DNA of 64,000 nucleotides from contig OZ059898.1 of NCBI GenBank assembly GCA_964057225.1, positions 11,470,001-11,534,000 on the forward strand, read 5' to 3'. Positions within the stretch are counted from its first letter, which is position 1, and every line of letters starts with the position of its first letter. Shown here one piece after another: positions 39,508-53,423 of this stretch. The notes under the pieces were generated by a model. That model worked only from the letters and a program-made list of their open reading frames with translations. It had not been told where the DNA came from and searched no databases. A program made the position numbers and the translations under genes. Source of the DNA: Auanema rhodensis. Lineage: Eukaryota > Animalia > Nematoda.

Positions 39508-42500
39508 TGTCTAAAATAAAATATTTTGTGTGGATTCTGCTGGACAAAATACAGATTACAGAGAAAGATTGAATTTTGGATCCAGCAACGAATTAACTTG
39601 TCGTGCTTGAAGGAAAAAGAGGATGATCGTTACAAAAAAGAAAGACTTGAAAAGGCAGGTTACAAAAGAAGACGAGAACACGATGAAACCAGGGATTAAT
39701 CATGAAGATTATATTGGAACAAAAAAAACAAATTTATTTATTGTATAAACTTATACAAATGAAAAGTTCCATTCGAGGTGTGGAAAGAAACAATTGAACA
39801 TATGAGAAAGAGAAATGGGGTCAGAAATCGGTTCATTTAGTCTCTCTGTTCATCTGCCTATTTCGGGAACCTCTCACCTTCGTATTTTCGAGGATGTATC
39901 TTCTCTTTTTCTCTCTGCCTCGTCTTCTGTCTATCTTACTCTTTCGCCCCGTTGCAGCCAAATCGTCTCTCTGGTTTTCTTCCTCGAGAACTCTCTTATT
40001 CTGCGTTCCTTACCGGCTATTCCTTAATAGAATGTCATCAACCTAAAATCCTTCATCGTCATTTCTTCTTCATACACCTGACTCTGAATTTTTACTTAAT
40101 AACTTTAACCTAATCCAAAAACTATAATAATAAAAATTCTCATACATTTTCCTTGTATGTTGACAGAAGGACATGAATAATGTGAAGAATATTTGTTTGC
40201 CAAAACGAGAGAAAACAAATAAAAAATCTTTAATTCAAATAAAAAAAAAATTTAACAGTATACAACAAGCAAATTCCAAACCAACTGATATGGCTTCGAA
40301 CAGCATTTATCCTTGATAGTTACTATTTACGAGATTAATGTAATTAGGAGATTTTACAAGAACAGAAACGGAACAAGAAGTGAGAGATTGAAGCATTCGT
40401 GATTCATGATAGCTTGGAGATTTATCAGAAAAACATCTAACAACAATAAGGTTATAACTTGATTTACTTCATTCGATTTCAATGAGCCATAGTGTACTTT
40501 CCAAGAAAAATATTGCACACATCGTAGAACTGTATGTAAACAAAAAAATTTATTATTCAAATTGCACTATATGATCAACACTAAGTAAAATAGGCACAAT
40601 AATCTTCTGAAGAACTAAAAGATTTTAAAAGTATCTTCAAAGAAGAAAAAAAAGAAATCTATCTATATATATTTTAAAAAATTGTTCAATTTCTGGATGT
40701 ACATTACATTATTATCCACGTTGTTGACGTCAATTCAAAATCAGCATACTATTTTGCCGCAAAATTCTATCGCAATCGGTTGTGCTTGTTTTTTTTCTTA
40801 TCTTTTTGGTTTTGCTCAGAAAAGTTAGTATTGTGCCAGAATTCATTAAAATTCATTATTTTGTCTGGTCTTACATCATAAGAAGTACTTTTTTTTAAAT
40901 ACAATGTGAAGTGGTTCTTAATCTTTGAATGACGTCTGTATATATATATTCTTTATTATATTTAGTTACTTTTATTAGCTATTAGTACAAATTACAATGT
41001 ATTACAAAGTATTACATAAATTATCAATAATAACTTCAACAAGTAATTCATATGTTGTATATATATTCTATGAGTTCTATCTATTTTGTCATTGTTCTTC
41101 CTAATTCCATTTAGTTAAAAAGCTATTTTTACATTCCTATAGTAATATATAAGGATTAGATATATAATAACGTTGACAATTTACATATATATATATATAA
41201 CCACATGAACTTCTGAATATGTGTTGTAAAAATCGAATATAGTTCAGTTTTTTTTTGAATTTAAGCCCGTTGTATGAGAGAAAATGAAAAAATGGCCTGA
41301 AAATGTGATCAAATTCCTAAATTCCCAGACTATCTCAACCAAGTTATTACCATAAGCGATTTACCAGTACTATAAAAATTTTCAAATCTAATATTCATGT
41401 AGTCATGAGATATGATTCTTTCTTTATTATTCTACCATACACCTCGAAATATTTTATCATTCCAAAGATTTATCTTTACTAATATCTTATGATGATAAAT
41501 ATTATTATTATTATTATTATTTTACGTATTGTTATATTGTAATAGTTTAAAGCTTTCTCGTTATAATAATAATTATCAAATTATTTTCTTGTTAAGATGT
41601 TTTCCTAATCAATCATGAGTTCATTAGAAGATATTTCGTAAGCAATGCAAGATCTAGTGGTGATATGTCGTATACCTGCAAAGCAAAGTGATTCTTTGGT
41701 CTAGAGCACACGTCATGAACCCTCAATTCTTTTGTCATGTCAGCGATTCTCAGCCCCCTCTCTCTATCTTTCTCTCTCTCTCTCTCTCTATCTTTTTCTG
41801 TCTGTCTTTTTTTCTCTATATCTTTCCATCTGTCTCGCTTTCTTTATTGCTCTTTCTCTCTTGCTACTACCTCTTTCTTCATCAATCTTTTTTCCTCTCT
41901 CTGTATTCCACTTTCTATATCAGACTTTATTTTTTCTTTTAAACTCTCTCTATCTATAGTTCTTCAACGTCTTTTTTCCGTCCCACAATCTCACTTTTTC
42001 ATTTTCAATTCTGAGGACATGTGTACGCAAAGCATAAATGTCAAACAATGCTCATCCTTTTTCACATCGCCTGACCATTTGGCTGCAATTCGAAATTCTT
42101 TTTCATTCCCACGCCTATATGTCGTCATCATTTAGATTCATATCGAAAATTGAGGATTTTTTTTCAATTTTTTGTAATAAATTGTTATCTATCTCTTTCA
42201 TTATTTTCTTTTTATCTTCGAAATGTTCTGCTCAACTTAACTATTCATCGATTTTATGGAAATTTATGTAACTCATTTGAGTCAAGCGATCGTTTTCGAT
42301 TGCTTAACGAACTCTATCTAATTTGCACCCAGTTGCACTCAAAAACGCCTATTGAAGAGGACTCAGAACCAATTTCCGCTTTTTTCATCTAGAAACTTCA
42401 ACATTTTTTTCTATCTATTCACACCATTCATGTGTTTTTCCATTTTCGTTTTTTAAGAATCATTCATCGTAAACAACTACACAATAATGAAAAATCAGCT

Positions 42501-45488
42501 CTTATCAATCTCATACATTATGTATTTGTTTCAGATTTGTCTACTTTGAATTTCTTCTTATCAACTGGCTTTCCTCATCTTCTATTTATTTTGTAATATT
42601 ACATGATAGCTATCGTTCACGTTTTGGCTCTGCTTTATATATTTCAGTTTTTTTTTCACTTTTAATTAAAAAGTACCATAGAGATTTTAGTCACATTTGA
42701 ACGGGTTTCTCAGTAAAAACTACACAACATGAAAGCATTTTGAATATATGAACTACCAGTCCATGCTGAAGGATTTTTTTGGCTTTTCTATTAATTTCTA
42801 TTCGCATTTTTTTAACTTCTAATGACTATCGACCTTGATAGCCTATTAACGATGTAATGGAACTCGTGATCAGCTGAATTGGTGACTTCGTGATAGAATT
42901 CTCTTCCGATTTCTGCTCTTGGTTATGCAAAACCTACAGTAAATGTGTTCAAAACATGCGCTTGGTATCATGTTCCTGCACACCGGCTCTATTTTATTGG
43001 ATTTTTTTTTATTTTTCAAATCGCACGTTGGAGTTACAAGATGATACCAATGATCTTTTAGCTGTCTTTGTATCATGACGGGCATTAGAATGAACTTTAT
43101 GTGTACAGCCGTTGATCCAACTGTGATCAAATTGTCCTCTAACACCACCCGCATAGCTCCTTCCTCTCCCTGTCACGGCGCGCTGTGGTCTCCTCCCTAA
43201 CAAGGCAGCTCGTGCACTCAATGCCATCACCACCCACCCGCCTCGTTCCTTCGCCTCGCCTCACAAATCTTTGACTCAAATATGTTACACAAAGTAGATG
43301 CTAGCCTTTTCAGCTTTATGAAACCCCATTTTTTGTCTCCTTTTTCAAATGTTAGAGAATATGTTTCGAATTTGAATTAATTTATATCTAACTTGCTTGA
43401 ATCTAATCTTATGCCGCATCTAGAATGCTTTCCGGTTTTCAGCTTGCGAAATCTCACATGGTTTAACTCCGTATTCAATCGTTTCATTTTGAAAAACGAT
43501 TCAAAATCTTGAATATCTTCTTTCATTTAAGTTTTCTTTAATTCAACCGTATATGTCTAAGTAAATAATTTAACTAATTAGTTAAATTTCCTTTATATTT
43601 TGTGTGAAAGAGCAAGAATCATTCACTAACTAAGCGAATCTTTCAGTGTTGTGAAGCATCTCATGTCTTATGATACATCTTGCCTTAATGATTCTCGAAT
43701 TCGTTGTTCTGTTTTCAACACACACCCACCTCTTTCTGCCCCTTGATCTCATTTATTTATTTAGTCAACTATCCTTTCAGGATGAATATAATCTCTTTTT
43801 TCTTTTAGCTACTACAATTTTGTTTAATTTTTATTCTTTAAAAGAAAAAAAATATTATGTTCTTGTGAAATTGACGTAACTAAATATGCTGAAATAACTA
43901 AGACGTTTATAAAAAATGTCTTCATTCCTCTAAATATATATATATATATAAAATATAAATATATATATTGCCTTTTTCGCTTTTTCTTTACGGCGTTTTT
44001 CTTCAGTATTCATTCAGAAGACCTCTCTCTCCCACTCATTCTTGTTATTCATTGACAATTTGGACGTTTGCCAAAGCTTTCAGCTCAGTTGGGTCTAGTC
44101 ACAATTGGTCAGTGGCCAGCAGGCCAGCTTTTTCGATTACAAACTCTAGTTGTCGTTATCCTCACCATCATATGTTTTACTAACCGGCTATTTCACATAA
44201 AGTTTTTGAATAAAGCCAAATTTCACTATTCTTCCTCCACATATAATGACTTGACTTCATATATTCTTTTAACAGTTTGTCATTTACCAAGTGAATCGTC
44301 TGTAAATCGTTGTTTTTCTATGACAATCTGTATCACCGCAGCAAAACGACAAATAAACAGTTTTTTAATGAATTTTGAATAGTATTCTCGAACAATTTTT
44401 TCTTTCATCAGTATTTTTTTCTTTGTTTTCTCTTATATCTTTTTGATGTCATTGCCAATTTTAAACAAGACCATTTTGTCACAATTTTCTTGTCTTACCG
44501 TCTTACTTTTTCAATTTCCTGCTGTAGTCTGTCTTAAACGGGTTTAATAACTGTAACAAACACATGTTATACAGGTTACTTTGTCTCTTATTGTTTTCTC
44601 CTGATCCAATATTCGTACTCACCTCGCATTTTTCTATTTTCGCGTTCATTTCTTTTCTTTTAAACAATAAATTTCTGTTCAAGACTTAGTTGGGAACAAA
44701 TGGATAGTGAATTTACTCAAAGTCCTTGTTCCGGTGCCTAAAGATCTGGTCAAAGATCGCATTGGCGAGTAGTTTGTGCACTCACTGACCTATGACTGAC
44801 ACTTAGATAATCTTCTCAACTCAGGAATTATTAAATCATTCTTTTTTTTATTTAATTTTTAACGAATCGGAGTTTCTTGCTGATATTTCTGTTTGTTGTT
44901 GAATTTTTGCAGCCTGTGTGTAATTCAAAGAGAAATTAGCGAATTTTGTCGTTCTTACCTTACTGTATCTGAAGTTTCTTGTTTCTATTAAAGCTATAAT
45001 AGACATTAAATTAATTTTCGTTAGTAGCTTTTTTCCTTTACTTTTAAGAGTGTAATACATTCTTCTAATTGCTACCGTACCTGTGTGGTCTCACCATTCT
45101 TCTAATTTTTCTTGTCATACTTCCGTTTCCTCTATCCTCCCAGCCCTTTTCCCACCCCTTTGCATGTGAGTTCTTCTTCGTCTTCCTCCTATCATTCTTT
45201 TACCTCAGAGCTTTGAAACAAATTTCGTCACAAAACATTTCAAAATATCTTGTGCATCATCTATGCATGTTGTCCCGAACAATTTTCGTGAACTAAGGAA
45301 AATGATTGAAATCGTTTGTTTCGCGGTGACATACATTGCATGTTTTCCAGAGTCCGAATTCAGAAATTCTTGTGAACTCTTTATAATAGCTCAATTGTTA
45401 ATTGTTCTTCGTTCATATTTACAGATATATAAACTTTAAAATTTCGATTTGAAGCTCATTTTTCAAGTCTAATCTCAATTTTAGTTTG

Positions 45489-47548
45489 ATGCTAAGTCGT
45501 CCCACTCGCAATGTTCTACAGTTGGGACTCGGCTTTCTACTCTTCTTCATCTCCTTCAATTCTCAGGGTACGTATAGGCTTGTTAGAAAATAATACAAAC
45601 TGAGCAGGCACAATATATGACAAAGATGGGATGTCCAAGGAAATGGTGAAAATTCATCAAAAACTATCATATCTTAATGTCTATTCGTTGAACTTTAGGT
45701 TACATCCAAGAGGCAGTTATTGCTGGCGTTGCCGAAGAAAATGGAATAGACAAGCATGCTGGATATCATGGGTACGTCTTCTTTTTCCTATAGCTATTCA
45801 AAATTATTTATTTGTTTGTTTTTTCAGTCTAGCCCTCTACTATGGGATTTTTACCATAGCAAACCTTTTTATTGCCCCGGTCATTGAAGTTCTCGGTCCT
45901 AAATTAGCTATGACTATTGGTGCGATCTTAACGATTCTATATGAGGTTAGTTTTGCAAATAATTGTCAAGATTCAAACATGTCGTAAACAACTAATGCAA
46001 GTCCTACTTGTTTATTAATTTGAATTAGTGTTTTCCTTTTTTTTTGTCCTCACGTCACGTCACGTGAACTTTGAATCTTTTGTTTTAAACTCTCACGGTT
46101 TATTTTAAGATGGGCTTTCGGTTGAACCTGCTGTTCATTGAAATAATTGTACTTAAAGCGTTTTATATATTTCTAACTTTCAGATTGGATTTCTACATAT
46201 CAATGAATTTTATTTCTTTTTCACAAGTGCACTTTCTGGATTCGGAGCTGCACGTAAATTACCCCAATTAAAATCAGAATTTCAAAATTTTTAAATTCAG
46301 TTATGTGGCCAGCGTTGGGAACTTATATGACTTTAAATAGTACTGAAAAGACAATTGATCGAAATTCTTCCATTGTCTGGGCTTTATCTCAAGCTTCGTG
46401 AGTTGTTACACGGTTTTTGTAAACTAATTTTTGAGATTTTAGTCAAGTATTTGGTGGAATAGTACTTTTATCTATCTTCCATCACTCATCGTCTGACGAT
46501 AATACTATTTCACCAATGGCAATTAAACTAACCTCTGTTAGTTTGACGATTGTTCTGATATTCTCAGCATTTGTTTTCGGACTTCTAAGGAATCCCCCTT
46601 CAGAAACTCTCAAACAGAATGAAATAGCCGTAGGATATAACAATGCTTCTTTTGGTAAATTCATATTCATATTTAGTTTTTTTAAAAGTTTGTTTTAGCA
46701 TCTACATTTTCATTGATACCTACTAAACGTATGATTTTATTAGCTTTTGTTTTCTGCTATACTGGTATTGTGCAATCATTATGGACAAGTAAGATCTCAA
46801 CTTTTCCATTTTATTGAAAATCATAATTTTCAGGCATTTATCCAACAGCTATATCTTTTACACAACAAATGGGCAATAATAATAACGTTCTCATGGCTCT
46901 GAGTGCTATATCTTCGGGTTTCGGGCAAATTCTTTGTATATTCTTGAAATTTTTTTTGGAACATTAACTATATATTTTAGTATGTGTTTGGGTAGCTGCA
47001 CGACAATTTGCACTCAAACGAACCAACTTCGTAATCACAGGCTTCGTATTACATATCATTTCCTTTATTGGAATCTATATTAACTTTCCTCCAAATTCTT
47101 CTATTGAACTAACTAATGATATCGGTCTTATTCAGCCAAAGTAAGTAGATGGAATATGCACGCTTAAATCCAACGTATCATTTTGCAGCGCTTACTTGAC
47201 CTGCCTTATATCCTTCATTCTTGGTTTTGGTGATGGATGTTGGAACACTCAAGTTTATGCTCTAATCGGGGATGTTTTCCCCCATTGCTCCAACGAAGCT
47301 TTTGCCCTTTTCAATTTCTATCAGGTAATATAATCAATTAAAATTTTCTCCATCTTCAATGCTTTCAGTCTGCACTTACATGTGCTTCCTTATTCTACTC
47401 ATCTCACATAACTCTGACTGCTCATCTGGTAATTTTATGTTCAACATCAACAGTTGCTGTAATTTGCTTTTGCTTGGTTGATTCAATGGGCAAACTCACT
47501 CAGCAGAAAAAACTGAGTCATGGTACGTGCAAAGTATTCCAAATTTGA
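45489..47548 (+). CDS. UNC-93-like MFS transporter (MFSD11-like)
   Basis: Motifs MLSRPTRNVLQLGLGFLLFFISFNSQG, IDKHAGYH, LGPKLAM, SALSGFGAA, TIDRNSSIVW, YTGIVQSLW, IYPTAISFT and LGFGDGCWNTQ. Stop at 47546-47548 if unspliced, or 47890-47892 via a downstream exon. Confidence 0.9.
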
Positions 47549-48387
47549 AGTTATCGTATTGTTATATGATCCCAATATCTTTCCTACTCTACCAACATGT
47601 TTTCTGTTTTGTTAGGATTTTGTCAGAATGTCTCATAATATAAAAAGAAATCATAAGCGTTTTTCTATAGTTTTAGTGTCTTACAAGCATGCTTGCATGA
47701 TTTTATCACAGTTTTATTAAAAAAGGTGATCACCTTTAACTACTCAAAAAAATTGTCTTTGTGAATACTAGACAAAAATTTCTGTTTTATCTTGTGCCTG
47801 TCTTCAACTTACTTACCTTACATGTTAACCTGTCCTTTGTCTTTTCAGTGGATCCACTAATGGTATTTCATTTAAAGGACGCAATAATTTAAAATGCAAT
47901 GCAGAATCTGATTGGCTTCTTGGGCCGCAGACGTAAGTTATGATGTAAATCTTACTACTGTCATTAACCAACTGAGAAAAATCCTGCTGCCTCTAACTTA
48001 AGGTGTATAGTTTGTAGATCTCGTTGTGATTTGAATAGGTTTCTTAGAATTCGCTTTATTTGGCCCCTATCACTCACATTAGGTACACAGCCTTTCGGCT
48101 TTTTCATATCATGAATAGGATAACATTCCTTTTAGACAACATGACAAGTATTTATTTTCAATGTATGATGATTTTTGTTTTTTTTTCCATTTAGGCGTGA
48201 CAAATATTCTTATACTTCTTATAAATGAAAAATTTTAACATTGTATTTTTTTAAATCGACATCTTCTAAGATAATAACAACAACATGAACAAGAAACCAT
48301 GCATAATACACGTAACAAAGTAAGATTGTAGTAAGAAATTCAAAAAACATAAGACTTTGCTATGTACCCTGAGATTAGCTTTAAAGC

Positions 48388-50353
48388 TTACGTCTGAGAT
48401 TCGTCGTTATTCGATTTTCCATAGTAGTACTCATCTGTTGTTAATGCATATTCGGCAAGTTTTAACTGATATTCCTAAATCAAAACTTTTCAAGGAGTAC
48501 CTAGTGTCAGAAATTACTAAATTCTTCTTTAATTTAAACCGTTTTTTATTTTTATAATAACTATCTTGATGTTCATAAATCAGTCCATCCTTTTCCAACT
48601 TTTGAAAAACTTTTTTGATCTTAAAATATATGACATATACAACAGAATCATAACCAATTTTTTTTACCAAACTTGGAGCAACAAATTGAATCCATTCAGG
48701 TTGAGGCCTTGATACAAATTCTTTCGGATTTAACAACATCTCAGAACTGAGCAAAATTGCTCTTCCAACAACATGACTCAGCTAATAAGAAAAAAATTAT
48801 ATTGTTATATAAGGAATTAATTTGATACCTCTTCTTTGGTCAACATACGTTCTTCAATAGGATGAAATAACTGTGAGCCCTTTATTCTAGGTGGACCTTC
48901 TGATAACCAGTTGGAAAGCAATAATCGAGCGACCACAACAGAATCAATATTTGTATTCTGCAATTAAGAGTAAAAGATTAATATAAAGGAACTTATAACC
49001 TTAGCAACGATGCTTGAGTCTGTGTTTTCTTGAGATTCAATAAGTTCAGCTGAATTTTGCTGAAAAAAAACAAAAAGTAACTAAACACTAATAATCAAAC
49101 CTGCGAAAGAATTGGAGGGGTATCTGAATTGGCTGATTCAAAGATATTTTTCACAGGTGACAACTCGGGCTTTAGCTCATAATCAGCATCCAGACCTGAA
49201 TCCTAAGGCAATTGAATAGCATAAGAGTCATAAAGGAACTTACTTGTTTATCATCTCCAGTCGTTCCCATAACAGATTTTCGAACATACTTTCGCTTACT
49301 TATGGTCTTTGACAATATGTTAACGGCTTCTATTTTTTGTTTCGGTGTATTCGGACAAATAGAAGTTTGTGGGCGAGGAATAGCTTTGTTAGTCGCCTAC
49401 AAAAGAACAGTGAAAAATTAGTAAATTAACAAACTTCAAGAAATGTTCTCAAGGCAAGCATCATGCTTAAACTTTTCTCCTCAATTGAAACCATTCGATC
49501 AGCTACAACTCTCATCTAAAAAAAGTATTCAGTCAGTTACATAGTTCACAAGAAACCTCAGATTTGCATTCGCATGGTCGTTTTTTTAACTCATTTATGT
49601 CTTCAACCTCTTTTGCCACACCAAAAACATGCTAAAAAAGAATAATAAAAGAAAAAAGAATTTTGAATTACAGGACGAGCAGCTGGTGATTGAGGCAGAG
49701 GGAGTTTTTTATCATCTAATAACGTATTTTGATCTCGTCGACTGTTCTAAATAATAAGCTTATTTTCCAGAAACGTAACAAGTTAAATTACAGAATGCAA
49801 AAACTTTAGTTGAGACTTTTCTTCCGAGCTCATAAATCGTTTACTCACTGAAATATATTTACTGAATAACTATAATTCAGCAATATATACCTCGTGGTTG
49901 AAAATGCTTAGCTAAGTTTAATGCTGAAGTAATGAAAGATATAATTCTGTAACAAACTGAGTCAGCTTACCTTTGCTGTACATTCGGTCTTCAAGTTCAT
50001 TGTAGAACTCGGCTACTACGGGAGTAGGATCCAGGTATAATATAGAAAGAATCACGTCGGTTCTTACATTACCACGGATTGAGCTGAAATTCAGAAACAA
50101 ACTGAAGTTTTAACACAATATGTTACCATTCCCCCAAAAATTTACAAACCAAGTTCTTACGCCGGGAAAAGAACAACGGTCGAACATTATATAATGCTCG
50201 TATCTCCGGTACTTCTAGATTATGTATCTAAATAAAACTTATTTTCACATAAAAAAATGTATTCGATCGAACGTTCACACAGTGTTGCATGAAATACACC
50301 GAGTTTGAAAATGTGAGATCACACCCCGCACATTTATTGAAGCTCATAGCCAT
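48388..50353 (-). CDS. Uncharacterised protein with a single N-terminal C2H2 zinc finger and a possible C-terminal winged helix
   Basis: A chain of short exons separated by ~40-50 nt GT-AG introns. The spliced N-terminus reads MAMSFNK-CAGC-DLTFSNSVYFMQ-H-CVNI-H (C-x2-C-x12-H-x4-H). The C-terminus reads ...IKKVFQKLEKDGLIYEHQDSYY...EYQLKLAEYALTTDEYYYGKSNNDESQT*. Start codon uncertain; internal exons not all phase-checked. Confidence 0.7.
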
Positions 50354-51521
50354 ATCAGGGCATATCCTAAAAATATAAGAATCATTTTTAACTAAATATT
50401 TTTGATTAAGTAATTACTACTATTATTCATGTATCGAACATCAATGCGTAATCTGAATAAAAAATATTAAGAAACTACGCACATCGAAAGCGCAAATATT
50501 TACACATTTTTAGTTGTAGCTGCACTTAAATTGGTTGCAGCTATACTGCAAAAATGGAACAGCTTCAAAATTTAAGTAGATGCAAAGTAAACCATTGTGA
50601 TGTTTTGGACAAGCTTATCTTACGATTTATTAAAAATTGAAGAAATACAAAAAGAAAATGGAAAAGAAGTTTATATGTTCAATAAAATCGGGAACGATTT
50701 AAATATTTAATTCAGAAACATTAGGGTTTTTGACTGTTCATGTAATTCACGTGAAGTACACGTGAATATTATTTTGTGTGTTGTTGCCTCACAAATCGGT
50801 TGCACATATTGCGAAAATTGGGACGTAACGCTTTATTACATTTTTTAACTTTAAGGTTCTAGAGGTAGCATAAAAAATAAAATATGTACTGTTCTTCTCT
50901 GGATACCAAAATAAAATGTTAATGTTTGAGTTATAATGTAAATTAATTCTGTTGAGAAATATACTGATTAGGGTAATTCTGCAAGGTTGATATGAGACCG
51001 AGATCAGAGATATAATCGATCAAGATTTCTGATATTTCCTAGTATATCAGTTATACGCACGTTATGTACCACATATCTGGATTTAGTGCACAACAGTTCT
51101 TATTCGTTTTTCTAGATCTACGAATGCGTTTTCAAAGTAATTAATTTAATTTTGTTAATGAAATTCAGTTTCGAAATATTTCAATGATTGCTCATCCTTT
51201 GTTTTGAACTTTCTTACTGTTGCGCTTGTTCTTAATTTCCGGATGAGTAAGTCTTTTTAGAAGCAAGTTAGAATTTTTGGACATCTTATACCTGTTCATT
51301 GTCCAACTGTTTTGCACTTTTAATTTAAGTTCACTCAATAACCAAACGATTCTAATGGGCCCAGTTTTTAATGGAAAGTTATGCTGCGGTAGAACCACAT
51401 GTCTCCCTATTTCATTGTTTTCTCTTGATTCTTGTATTGTTACACATAATGTTATGACGTTCCTTACAATCATTTAGCCTCAGTATTAATTTTGAACATT
51501 ATGTTTAAAAGAAGCTGGAAC

Positions 51522-52950
51522 ATGCTAGGGTTTGCGATGGCTCCTCTCCGAATTCCCTGGAAAAGAAGACTAGAGACACTTGCAGTTATTCATTTTGTAT
51601 TTTGTTGGATATTATTACCAATATTATCAACATGGGTGAGTGTTTTTTCTAATTTTTCAGTTTAGAATTCTGTTTAGCTTCCTTTCTATATTTTATTTTG
51701 TACACCTTTGTGGTGGACCATCATAATCTACGCCATTTGGACCTTTTTTGATTGGAAAGCTCCACGATTAGGATCACGAGGCTGGGTAGTTGTTCCTTGT
51801 TTCTTTTTTTTAACGCGATTTTGATTTTGTAGAATTGGTATAAGAATAATGCAATTTGGAAGCATTTCGCTGACTATTTTCCGTTAACTTTAGTTAAAAC
51901 TGCTGAACTTCCACCTGATAGGAATTACATTATTGGGTAAACTCGATGGACTTATTAATCTTTATTAATCTAATTCTATTTCTAGTTCCCATCCTCACGG
52001 AGTTCTTTCTATTGGTGCTTTTATAGCAATGCTCACCAATGCTACAGGATTTTCTGACAAATTTCCTGGTCTGAAGTCCACGATTCTCACGTTAAATGGA
52101 CAGTTTTATTTTCCTTTTCGTCGCGATATCGGAATAGCTTTAGGTAATATTTATTTCTTGATAGTTGCAAAAAAAAAATATTGACAGGCGGTGTGGAATC
52201 CAGCAAAGATTCATTACGTTATTTGCTTGAAAATCCTGGAAAAGGTAAGTATCTTCTCCTTATGATTTGTTGCTTTGATAAGAGCTCTTTGAATAGGCAG
52301 AGCAATAGCAATTGTTGTCGGTGGAGCTACTGAAGCGTTGGATGCTAGGCCGGGAAGTAATGTGGTGAACTTACTGTGTCGGCGAGGTTTTTGCCGCTTT
52401 GCTCTTATGTATGGGTAGGTTATATTGTTATCATTCCTACGAATTTTATGTTTTGTTTCAGAGCAGATTTAGTGCCTTTGTACAATTTTGGAGAGACAGA
52501 TATTTACGATACATTAGATAACAGCAAAGGGTCTCGGTTGCGAGATGTTCAACAAAAAATCAAAGATATATGTGGTTTTTGTCCACCTCTCTTCAGTGGT
52601 AGAGGAATCTTTAACTACAGTTTTGGAATATTACCCCACCGTCGACCCATTACTTCTGTTTTGGGAGCCCCGATAAGGTAAATAAGGCTCAGTCTTGAAT
52701 TTCTTCCTCGTCTGTTCACGCTCAGTTGTAATCTGAAGACGTCGAACCTGCACTGGGCACGGTCAACGACTTTATGCTTTTCTATTCTGTATAATAGCTT
52801 TTCTTTTTAAGAGTGGAAAAGAATCTGAACCCAACCGATGATGAGGTTGACGCTTTACATTCAAAGTACTGCTCAGCTCTTATCAAGCTGTTCGAAGACC
52901 ATAAACATTTGCACAACATTCCCAAAGATGAATGCTTGACAATATACTAA
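51522..52950 (+). CDS. Diacylglycerol/monoacylglycerol acyltransferase (DGAT2/MOGAT family)
   Basis: Motifs [36 protein letters not shown], catalytic [42 protein letters not shown] and LFEDHK. An in-frame upstream ATG lies at 51501. TAA at 52948-52950. Confidence 0.93.
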
Positions 52951-53423
52951 AGTTTTATCCTGTACTTATTTTTAATTTTTTAAGAGTTTTATTTTGACAA
53001 ATTTTTTAATGTTAATATGTTAATTTAATAAAATAAAATTTGAAATATTCGTTCGGAAAAAATAAAAAAAAACTATGAAAATTTTACAACGTTTAAGATA
53101 ATAGAAGAATGCTCGTACCATCTTAGATTTCGAAGGCGTTGTCTTGTGTGCTTGATAAGAGAGTCGTCTCTGCTTGAAGGACCACCTCATTTCACAACTT
53201 TCCTTACAATTCATTCCAAACCACACACTTTATCTTTTTTTTCTCCTTATTTATCATTTGTCACTTTCATTGATTTTCAGTAAGATGGATCACTTATATT
53301 TTTTAAAACATTTGTTCATAAATTTTGTTTTAATGATTACTTATAAGCTTTTATTTCGTAATTTATTTCTCGTTTCCCCTTTGAAAGTCATTTTAATTGA
53401 TCATATAGTGCTTTGAGTTGACG

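Noticed and set aside
52735-52775. tRNA T-arm-like GCAGGTTCGAC on the minus strand
   Set aside because: The T-stem is broken and no acceptor, D or anticodon arms can be folded.
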